Assembly (NCBI RefSeq): GCF_036971445.1
Contig: NC_091470.1
Location: 140,802,001 to 140,866,000, forward strand
Length of the DNA: 64,000 nt
From: Narcine bancroftii
Lineage: Eukaryota
Reading direction: 5' to 3'
In this document: positions 13,644 to 25,200 of the stretch, in pieces
Layout: every line of letters begins with the position of its first letter
How positions within the stretch are numbered: position 1 is the stretch's first letter
Translations under genes and position numbers: made by a program
Notes under the pieces: model-generated
Database searches by the model: none
What the model was told of the DNA's origin: nothing
The model's input: the letters and a program-made list of their open reading frames with translations, nothing else

Positions 13644-15867
13644 GGCTGTTGTTTACTGGACTGGGGAAATCACTGTTCTCGTCAATTTACAAATCTATAT
13701 CTCCTGCGACAGCAGAACAAGTGTTACATGTTCTGATCTATATCTAAATATACATGTGGCATGCTGCAATTATTGTGAGTACTTGGAGGTGGGTGAGGTG
13801 TTTAGTTTATTGATGGGTGTAAAACATGAGCAGAGTTGTACTCAATATTTTTGATTGGCATCTTTTCTGTTGATCCCTCTGGCTGCTGTAATTTCTGTTT
13901 CACAACTTCTCAAATTTCTTCAGAATGGATATGATGTTTATACTGTGTTGACACAAGAGTCCTGTTGTAGAGAGGTTAGTATTCTTGCCTCTAAGTCAGA
14001 AGGTTGTGGGTTCAAGACCTGCTCTGGAGACTTGAGAAGCTTGTTTGATATTTCCATCCAGGTTGCAGGGATCACCAAGGACTCTGGGAGAGATGGAGGT
14101 CTCTCACCAGCTACTCCCATATAAATGGTGTGCTTCAATGCATTAAATGTTTTTGTTAAATTTGTTTTAATATGATCAATTAAAGTATGTATTGCTTTGT
14201 GCATTTAAAAATGCTTAAAATGGGAATGTGTTGGGTTGACTGGGAGTGCAGTCAATACTCTTGCCTGTGTTCAGACTGAGAGCAAGAGGCAAGTAGGCTT
14301 GCCTACCAGCTTCTTGAAGCCCACCTGGATTTAACATAAGATGTCAAGAGCAGCAGCCTCTGGCAATCAGCTCGAGAAATTCCTGGACAAAGATTGACAC
14401 ATCTGGACATCTGAACATGGTGAAAAACTCGATCATTTAAACGAAGCATTAAAATATGCAAAGAAAAAGCTAATAAATATCAAAGGATAGACAAGTAAAT
14501 ATTCTCAGCTGAAGTTGGTACAAGAAAAAAAAGTAGCATTTCAGTCATGTAGACCGATCTTTTGGTTGTCCTGGGTGGTTTATAATTGGTGTTACAGTCA
14601 TAGGAAAAGGTTCAAGAGCCTGATGGGATTAATACAGATGAATGCCACCAGTCAGTATGGGTGTGGTGGCCAGAATTTGCCCATTTTCAGGCTGCACAAT
14701 CCCATGACTCTATTGTGGCTTTCTTAGTCTTGTATCCTCTTAAAATCAAAAGCCCAGAATCCTCCATACAGATCAATTACTTTCTCAGGCTCCCCTGCCA
14801 CTTTTAACGTTACGTTAATGTACCCGCATCTCTGTTCTTGTACTCCTTATGCATAGTACTTCCTATTCTCCTTCCCAAGAACATTTGCATTTTACAGCAT
14901 TCATTTAATCTGCTTTTCCTGCCTGCTCCTCAACCTGCCTCTATAGTGTGGGGACCCATCATACACAAACCACACTCTGTTCTGGAGAAGGTTCACCTTG
15001 GTTTACTTTATTTAGTATCAGACAACCCTGAAGCTGATCATCTGACAAGGATTAGCAACAAATAATTCTAACAAAGAAAACAATTCTTTCCCTTAAAGTA
15101 AGGGACAGGGAGAAAATATTACTGTAAAGCCTTACACAATCAGGATGTCCCATTGTCTGGTTGTCTTTATACATAAATATCTCACCACAGGAAGAGAAAA
15201 ATGTACCCAGGGCAGAAATTGTTAGTTTATAAATGTTCATCAGAACACCAGGGGATTCTCATGTAATTCTTCATGTATGTTTTATACCGAACATGAAGGC
15301 AGATGGGTCTTCCCTTTAACCTCTGAAGAATGACACTGCAACATGGAGTATTCCTTCAATAATAGTTGAGAACAGAGTTTCACTCACAAAGACATCATAA
15401 TATCACCATCATGTACTCCTTGGTGCACTAGAGCGACTGACTAAAATGATGTGTTTATTTCTTGGCGAAGGTGTTTAAAGCAACAATTTCTTCTTGGATA
15501 AGGGAGGCGTAATTAAGTGAGTATTGATTCATTAATTAACATTCTCGATTCTATAACATGAGTTCGACGTTTGACCTGGTCTCCCAGCCTCCCAGCCGCC
15601 CTGTCGCCCGTCATCCACCCACCCAGCTGCCCCATCTCCCCATCTTTCAGTCACTGCATTGAGTGAACTTGCATTTCTTTAGTCCTCTTTGGGGAATGAA
15701 GACGAGGAAGTGACTCCAAATGATGAGGATACAAGTGAGCCAATGAAAATTGAAGTTTTAAGCCATGTGATCAAGCACTGGGAAATAATTAAGGAAGAAA
15801 CATGAACAAGGCATTTTAAGGAGCTTCAGTCAATACCACATGACTGTGAAATGCTTACAGACCCATC

Positions 15868-16207
15868 ATGCAGACACATGATGAACTGCGCTCAGGGAAG
15901 ATGAATGACTCTCCATTCAGAACAATGGCAGATGGAGTGAAACTAAGTGGGGGGACCTCAGATGAAACCTCAGGAATGATCCTGCCAACCAACAATATAA
16001 GTGTTAGCACCAGGCAGACAAATAATGCTACTGAAATGCAAATAAACCAATGTCTGCCAGATCTGGTTCAAGGATCTGCAGATAGACCTGACCGTTGGCA
16101 GGATGAGTTGAAGACAGCAGTTGCAGAGCTGCCAAACGTGAACAAGAAACGACTGAACCAAACAGTCCAAGCTCTGTTTTATCGAGCCAAGATATTTTCC
16201 AATAAAG
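15868..16207 (+). CDS. TTLL10: TTLL10 probable first coding exon (low-complexity N-terminus)
   Basis: Open frame [10 protein letters not shown]...IFSNK ends at a strong donor AAG|GTGAGT (16208) in phase 1, matching the next exon. No recognisable homology, and the start codon is inferred. Confidence 0.55.
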
Positions 16208-19200
16208 GTGAGTTGAGTTTCAGATTTACTTACCATGAATTCCTCTGTAATCTTTCTATGAATCACAGCCTGTGCAAGACTGTGGGAGAATCTAGATGCA
16301 GGAGCACACTCAGTATGAACGAGGTAATAAATAGAGTTGTCTGCAATTGAAACCTGTCTCCCTATATTTGACAAAATCCAATTGTGCACCAAGTTCATCA
16401 AATGACTTTCCCCACTGTATTTTCGGGTAGGTGTTGGTCCCAGAATAACACAGATGCTGGGGCTCATCCATGTATCATTGTGGAGGAGAACTTGGCTTCA
16501 AGTTTCTGTATTCACTCAGTGATGGAGTCAGGTAGCACAGAAAGGTATTAAGGCTTCCAGTCTCCATGCCAACCCTCGAACACCATATGTATCCATCTCC
16601 ACTAGTGGTTTTCAAACTTTTTCTTTCCACTCACATCCCACCCTGTGCTCTGTGATTAGCAAGCGATTGCTTAAGGTGGGATGTAAGTTGGGGGGGGGGG
16701 TGGGGGTTGGGGAGGAAGGGTTGAGAACCATTGCTCTAGACCCAATTGTTACTGAAATATTTTGTTTGAGAAAATTTGTCATTGGCCCATTTCCTTTGGA
16801 GTTATGAAACCATGCACATAACAAGTCAATTAGGGAAGATTAAAACACGGGTTTTCAAACTTTTTATTTCCACTCCTTGTGTCTGTATTCAGTGTCTCAC
16901 CACTAAAGCTAGTATTTCAATACCTTCCCAATCATGTTGTCTTCCTGCTTTAAGCCTCTTGGTTTGCTGCAACAGTTTGTTTCTGTGTCAGGTTATCCCT
17001 GTCATAGGTTGCAATCAATACTCGAATTGCTTATTTTACTGATTGGGATTATTATAAATCAACATGTTGATAAGAGGGGGTATCATCAGTTAGACAAAGT
17101 GACGAACAATGATGGTGTCTGGGATGGATTAACATTGAACTAATCTGTGACAGGATGATTCTTTATCATATTTATGTTTTGGTGCTGGGGCATTTGTCAC
17201 TTTATGAGCTGTAACTGTGACAGAGTGGAGCTGTGGTACAGTTGCAACATGAAAGAAATACACTAATGGACATTGGGATAAAAACCTTCTGTGTTTGTTC
17301 TCAGGATACTTGTCACAGATAATTTTTCATCATGATGGATTGATCTCCGATAGGTAACATCTGGTAGAGTTGTTGGCAGCTCCAGCACCACAAGTTCTAC
17401 CCCAACCCTGTGTGGAATTTGTATGTTCTCTCTGTGACCATGTGGGCTTCCTCCTGGTGCTCTGGTATCCTCCCACATGCCAAAGATGTGCGCCAGTGTA
17501 TTAATTACCCTTAGTGTACAAATGAGTGGTAGATTCTTGGGGGTGCTGATGGCTGCAAAGAACCTCTAGAACAGTACAGCTCTGGACAGGGCATTCAGCC
17601 CATTTGTCTGTGCCGAACATGACACCCAAATTACATTACACTTGCACCTTCACATGCCCCCATCACATCCACACTCCAGAGAAAATAATCCAAGTCTGTC
17701 CAAACTCTCCTCCTAATGCATGCCCTCTAAACCAGACAAAATCCTTATAAACCACTTCTGTACCCTTTCCAAAGCTTCCACGTGCTTCCTGTAAAGGGGC
17801 AACCAGAATTCTGTGCTGCCTTACCAGTTTTATACAATTGCTACATAATCTCTTTACATGTAGACTCAATGCCCCACTCAAAGAAGCCAAGACTACCATA
17901 CATCTTCACCTCCTTATCTACTTGATTGGCCACTTTCAAAGAGTTGTGGACCCTGACCCCCAGAAATCTCTGCATACCAATTAACTGTTAACATTTCCTC
18001 TTACATTTGACTGCCCAAATTGCCACAGCTCACATTTGCCCAAATTAAACTTCATCTGCCATTTTTCTGTCCTCATCTATATTCCATTATATTATTTTAT
18101 CACCCTCTACACTGTCCACAACTCTATCAATCTTTGTATCATCTGCAAACTTACTAACTCACCCACCTACTCTTTCATCCAAGTCATTTATGTACATCAC
18201 AAACAACAGAGCTGCCAATACCGATCTCTGCAGAACACCAGCCTTTTCTCACTCCCCTTTGGCTTTGATGAGCCAGCCAATTTAACACAGGGAGAAGAAA
18301 GATGAGTGTAAATTGGTTGTTAATAATTAGTGTGTATTCAATGGGCTGAAGGGCCTTTCTGCAGGCTGTGTGACTGGTCGTTTGGCAATGTGATAGGTTT
18401 TTATTGCTCTGATAGATTACACAATTGGCAGAGATGAATTGTAACCGGTATTGTTTAACACTGATAATCCAGCATGTGCAGGACTTTAGTCGCATTGACA
18501 ATTTCTGGAATATGGAATGTTTCATTTATAAATTAGACTTACAGCCCCTTCCACGCTGCCCAATTAGCCTAAAACCCCTGTACACTTTGAAGTTTTGGAG
18601 AATGTTGAAAGAAGATTTTATACAATAGAACCAACATTTTAAAGTGTTGTTTCCATTAATACCCTAACTCACTTTTAATTTGCTATACAATATTGTAATA
18701 TTTTGGTGAACTAGGTAAGTGAGAATTGAGACCTCGGTGAGTTTAAAGGGGGTGTGGGAGCCATGTCCGCAGCAAATGGAAAAGAAGGATGGGATTTGGG
18801 ACCCTGGTGAGTAGGAAAGGAACATGATAAAGATTACCTAGTGAGACAGATACTCAACCTTCAGACAGCAGATGATGAGAGGTTCACTACACTGGATTCG
18901 CTGCTATGTTGTAAATGTTTATAGTTGTCATTGTTCTTGAGACAAATTTTTCCTGTAATGGATACTCAAATCTGCAATAATATGTTGCCATAGTTGCCAC
19001 CGCGAGAGATTGGATGTGTGATGCCATTATACTGTGGTTGGGACATGGGTAGACTGTGATAGAATGGACTGTGTTATGAAAGACTGGCACTGTGGGTTAA
19101 TACCGTGATTGATCCTGGGATAGCTTGACATCATCATAGTCTAAATCTATGGAATTAAGAGGCACTGAAGTAGAATGGCTTTGTCTGGATTGCTACAAAA

Positions 19201-22200
19201 AAATGCAAAGATATCAGTTAATATGGAGCTGATTCTGTTTCTTGTTGGAAGATTATCAATGACAGCTCTGCAAAGTTATGTGGAATGTCAACAAATGAAT
19301 TGTTTAGTGTTGCTGTGGTTCTCGGGTATTTCTCTCAATGCTTGATCACTTTCTGGGACCATGAAATGATGTGATCAGAACATTCTACCGAAAGGGACAT
19401 TGATACATCACCTTGCAATAGACCCATTGATTTCTATTGAATGAGGTCCCCACTTCCACAGATGCATTCACACAAGGAACATATATCCAAAAATTTGAGT
19501 CATACACAAGATTTAGTTAAGACTTTTAACACTGTTGTGTATTAAAATATGCCATTTTAAGCAAGGTCTTTGTGACCAAAGGCAGGCATCACAGAGCATC
19601 ACAGGACGGTGCATAACACAAAATGGTTTCAGAGAAAGGTATCACACACCTTTCCAATTTAATAGAGTTTAGAGCTCACTTCCTCAGCAATACAACTGGT
19701 CAAGAGAGAGCTGTGGACAAAGTGTCCAGGAATTCCTCAAGTTAGTCTCTAACCTTTATTTCACTGAGTTACTGAATGCTATCAAATATCCCTGAGCTAC
19801 TGAATGTACAGTGGGCCACTGGTCAGAAAATACCATTTAGCAGTTGGTGATCAGATCAAGAGTTTGGGAATATTACCCTGCATACATTGCTTGAACAAAA
19901 TCAATGCTGAACAAAATCAATGCTGAACAACTCGACATGGTGAATACGCCAACTTAATATTCTCACAATCTCTGGACCAAGGATCATTTCTCATGTAAAT
20001 TCCTCTTCGAATTGGGGGTTAGTTTTAACAGGATCTGATCTTGTACCTCTCCCAATAATCTCTCAATGTCTTCAGTGGACAGAAAACTGTGGCTGCTCCC
20101 AGTCCGATGTACTGGGTAGGTAAGATGATGGCAACTTTTCCTGAGTTACATGATGCGCTGCATTTCAGGCAATGTGTGCAAGGGACTGGATTTTATTTTA
20201 TTTTGCAAAGATATTGATATCTCAGTTAAGATTTACCAATTATTACCCAGTCCTAATTGTTCTTGAGAAGTCAAAGTACTACTGTGAGATTTGGATCCAG
20301 TGAAAGAGAAGATGTGTTATTGGAAAGGATGATATTCTCATGAGCTGGCTACCTTTGTTCTTCTGGGTGGTGATAGTTATGGGTCTGGCAGTAGCTCTCA
20401 GACAAGATTTGGGAAGTAATTGCAGTGCATTTTATAGCTGGTGCACACTGCAGTCGTTCTGCATTAGTTGAGGAGGGAGTGATTGGGGTTCCATTCATGT
20501 GAACGGTTTTGTCTGGATAGAGTTGAGTTGAATTTGTCAGGCAAAAGGGTTCCAGTGAATGTGCTGGCCATTAAACCAGCAGTAAAGAAAAATGGAGAGA
20601 CATGACAAGAGCATCAAAAACTGATGCGATGGATCAGAATTTGTGACTTGCCCTCAACCCCAGCATCTGCAGTCGTTCCTGTTTAACTCAAACACCTATG
20701 CCTGAGGCCTTGCAAGCAGTGAACTAGTTTTGTAAATGTGTAACTGGGGAATTTTGCCCTTCAAACACTCTCTTAAACCCCTCACATGTGGATGGTTTAC
20801 TGATCTTCTAATGAACTCTCCGATCTTGATATTTGCTGCTGTCAGATGAACTTGCACAGATAACCCACAAAAGTGAATGCTCCGAGGACATCCTCTCATA
20901 AATATTCAGTGACCATGGGGCAAGCCACTTTGGTCATTGAATTTGAATTCAGATTTATTGTCAGAGTTCATTCTTTACATTATACAACACTGATGCTGTG
21001 CTAGATCAAAAGGATTGAGAAATTAAACTTGGAACACTAACACCTTGCAATTTTCTCATAGAATTACACTTATTTAAACTGTAACCTAATGATTATACTA
21101 TATTTGCCTCGTGTAGCCCAGGCGCCTTGTAGGATTTTTAATTGTGCCATATTCTTCCATCCTATCTTCTACAGATGTTTATTCACCAGTGATGGTGCCA
21201 CAGGTTGTTCTACTCAACAGCCCTTTTATGTTCTCCTTTTTCACCTGGTAACAGTGAGCATCAGCAGCCTGTGTGACCTGAGACAGCATCACATCTTACC
21301 CACTCCACTCTTGCATGGAATCAACGTGATGGCTGCCTCTGTGGAAGCTTTACTTCATTGCAGCTCGAAGCAGGAAATAATTTCTCTTTGGGTTTCTAGT
21401 ATTGGATTTCCATATCCACTGAAAGCATTGCCCTTCTGAAGGTCTGGGATTTGCCTTTGAGCTATGAGACAGCTTTGGGGAGATTATGGACAATAGGATT
21501 GCTCTAATTTGTAAATAGTAGTTTGTATTCTCATCTATTGTGTTCAACGTTGTAAAAACCCTTTGCCCTGTTAACATGTTGCCTCACAAAGCTTCCTCTA
21601 TCTGTCACCATGGCATCATCAATCCCATGAATCAAGGAACTCACCACCCAGTGAAAGAGGTCTGGGCTTACAGCCAAGGGGCAGGATAGATGCCTAGAGA
21701 TAAAAATGTTCCTCAGTGATTGGTGCTGGGATATTTGTTCTCTCTGCAGATCATGGGTGCCACAGTTAGCGTAGTAGTTAGAGCACCAAGGACTACGGTT
21801 CGAATCTAGCACTGTCTGTAAGGAGTTGGTACAATGTCCAAGTCTGCATGGATTTCCTCCAGTTGCTGCAATTTCCTCCTACCCTCCAAAACCGTATGAG
21901 TTTGTAGATTAATTGGGGTATATGGGTGGCACGGGCTCGTGGACCAGAGGACCTGTTACTGTTCTGTATGTCTAAATTTATGAATTTTTAAAAATTATAT
22001 AATGTAGAAAATACTCCAAAGCAACAAACAACAATCAGGATCTAAGCAAGTGATAATTATAAATGTATTTTATTTTTAGTTCAAAGGAGCAACTAATTAA
22101 AATTTACTTTATCGCTTGATTACGACTCCCAGCCAGCTTGCTGCTCCATGGATCCCATGGTCTCTCGATCTGTATGGAAGTTGTATCCGAGAATGGAGGG

Positions 22201-25200
22201 CTGCAGTTTTATGGAGAGACTGGGTTTATCCTCACTGAATGTAGGAGGCTGAGGAATGACCCGAAAGAAGTTTATAAAATGATGAGGAGCACTGAGGAGA
22301 TAGAACATTACAGTCTTTCCTCAGAATAGGGAATCTAGAACTAGAGATCATAAGTTTAAGTTGAGAGGGAAGTCATTTAAATAAAAGCTGGGGGATGTTT
22401 AAGAAAGTGGAGAACATCTGGAATGAGCTCACAGAAATGGTGGAGACAGGTACAGTTAGCACAATGCTGTTACAGCACCAGTGTCCGTGGTTTGAATCCT
22501 GCGCTGTCTGTAAGGAGTTTGTACATTCTCCACGTGTCTGCATGGGTTTCCTCCGGGTGCATCAGTTTCCTCCCACCATTCAAAATGTACCAGGGGATGT
22601 AGGTTGATTGGGTGTAATTGGGCAACATGGGCTCGTTGGCTGACAGGGCCTGTTACCGTGCTGATTTCTAAATTAAATCCCACAGCTAAATTCACCAGAC
22701 TTCATCTTACTCTTTTTCCTATAAAGACTCCATTCTTATCTCCCAATTTGTCTGTCTCTGTCATACAAAGCGCCTCTCAAATACCATCTTTAATAACCTG
22801 GCAGACAGGTGGCAGACTGCAAACCTGAAAGTGAAAATTAAAACAACTGACATAGAAGCAGAGGCCCCTGGAAACGCATTGGGGTGACCAGTGGGTTTAA
22901 AAAGAGTTAATGTTTCACGTCTGGAACCCTTCATCAAGATATGAACTGAGAGAAAAGAGGAAATATTTATTTGTGGGGATAGACAAATATTTGAAAGATA
23001 AAGGGACTGAGGGTTGGGGGAATTACCACAGAGTTGAGAGCAGCATAGATCACCCATGATTATGTTAAATGATGGTTAGACTATAAGGGCCTGGTGGCTT
23101 TAAGTTCCTTATTTTCTTCCATTTGAATTCTCTTCCCTAATTCTAACAACAATTCTCATATCAGGATCATTAACCGTCTGCCTTGCCACAGATGCTGCTT
23201 GACTTGCTGAGGTGCTTCCAGAGATTTCTGTTCTTATTTCAGAATTCCAATGTGTGTAGTTTTTTTTAACTATTTCTCACCATTTTGAAATCAAAAGCTT
23301 CATTTCTGACTTAAGGAAGAATGCCTCACTGAGGAAAGGAAGAGACAGTGAAAAGAGCAACAATGAAATGAGACTGCAGAGTGCTGATGACATTTGAAAG
23401 GCTGTTTGTGAGTCAGTGTGTAAATGACATGTGCCAATTCCTGCTTCAATTTCACGTGTTCCTATGTTCTCATGGTGAAGGGTGGGAAAGGAGAAACAGT
23501 AAAAGTTCAAGGCCAAGACTTTCCTGTACAGGGGGGCCATGGATGTTGTAGGACATGGAAGGTTGTAATGGTGGGTGAGGCCTGCGAAGAGAGAAAATTA
23601 GGAAGGTAAAGAGGGGTCACAAGAAATCACTGGTAGACAGGATTATGGTAATGAGGCTGTTACTGAGGTATATTAAGGTTGAAAAAAATAGGGTTTACAA
23701 GGAACAACATGGAACTAGAAGGTACAGGTGAGGTCCTAAATGAATACTTAACATCAGAATTCACAAAGGTTACAGACTTCATTGTTGAAGGATTCAGTGA
23801 AAGGAAAGGTGCCGGTCTCTTTTTTTTTTAAAAAGAAAGACATACTCATTGCCTTAACGGGCAAATCATCAGGAGCAGATGGGATTTATCATGGGGTGTT
23901 AAGAGAGGCTGGGGAAGAGATTATTGGGGCTCTGGCTGAGATACACAGGAAGATAGCAGATGCTTTCAGGTGAAGCAACAAGGAAAAGCTTGGTAATGAT
24001 AGATAGAGCTGTTAATGTAACATCTGTGACAGAGAAGTCACTGGCAAAGGATTCTGAGGAAGAGGGTTAACAATCATTTGGAAAGGTAAGGACTAATCTG
24101 ATTCGGCCAATGGCTTTGTCAAGGGCATATTCTGTCTAACTAATTCAATTGAAGGAGTAACTAAAGAGGGCAGATAGTAAATATTATTCATGTGGATTTT
24201 GAAAAGGTCCAAAATGGGAGACCAGTTGAAAAGGGCCCAATTACTACATTTAAAGGTCATTTGAAATGATGTGGAAGGAAATGAATGTCAAGTTCGTTTG
24301 TTTATCGTCTGATTGTACATACAACAATGAAACAGCGTTCTCCAGTCTTCAGTGCAAACGCACCTACAGACATAGCATGCATACAGACAAATGATACATG
24401 TGTACAATAAGTATATACAAATGTTAAAGTAATTAAATATTATTGCTAAATCAATAGTAGTTATGAAGGGTTTTGGAGTTATAGGCAAGTGGGATTAGTG
24501 TAGATGGACAAAAGGTCAGCATGAATGTGATGGGCCAAAGGGCTGTTTCTGTGCTGTGCATCTCTGTGACTACGATTGTGTTTGTATTCCAATTTGCTCA
24601 TAACCCCTGTCCTGACTTGTCCATTCTTCATCCAGGAACTGATGGTGCACAAACTAAATCTGAAAATGCAAAGCCTCATCACGGAACGAATCTTCAGAAA
24701 GCAGGAGGTAACGTGAGCCTCAGGGCCCACAAGTCCAGAAGGGAAGTCAACAAAGACTGCCAGCCAGTCTTCCATGTTTCAGGAACAAATGGATCTGACC
24801 TGTAGGTATAAAGGGAGTTTTCAATGGAAGTTACCAGTTATTGCTAGAGATCCAGTTCCATTTATTTAATTTTTTCGATATTTAAATTGAATTTACAACA
24901 CAGTAATAATTCCAGCCATTGAAACCTGTGCTGCCCACAATTACATCCAATTATTCTACAACCCTGTATATTTTGGTGGCGGGAGGGGAGCAGGACACCC
25001 GGGGAAGCCCACACAGGTCATGGGGAAAACGTACAAACTCCTTACAGACCGTGGCGGATTTGAACCTGGGCTGCTGGTGCTATAATAGTGTCATGCTAAC
25101 ATTATGTTAATCATATAGCCCTTTGATCTGTGAAAGGGATACATTCTTAGAAAGTATTGCATGAAGAAACATTCCGCAAAATGAAATTGGTTGAAATAAA

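Noticed and set aside
1-16000. miR-200b/200a/429 cluster, which lies just upstream of TTLL10 in other vertebrates
   Set aside because: By eye I found no TAATACTG(C/T)CTGGTAA or TAACACTGTCTGGTAA mature sequence. It probably lies outside the window; a covariance search would settle it.
19330-20000. Very old RTE-like RT remnant (DLVKTFNTV resembles DLTKAFDTV)
   Set aside because: Only one weak motif; too degraded to delimit.
21755-21815. tRNA-like A/B boxes
   Set aside because: These are SINE heads attached to a V-domain, with no complete cloverleaf.
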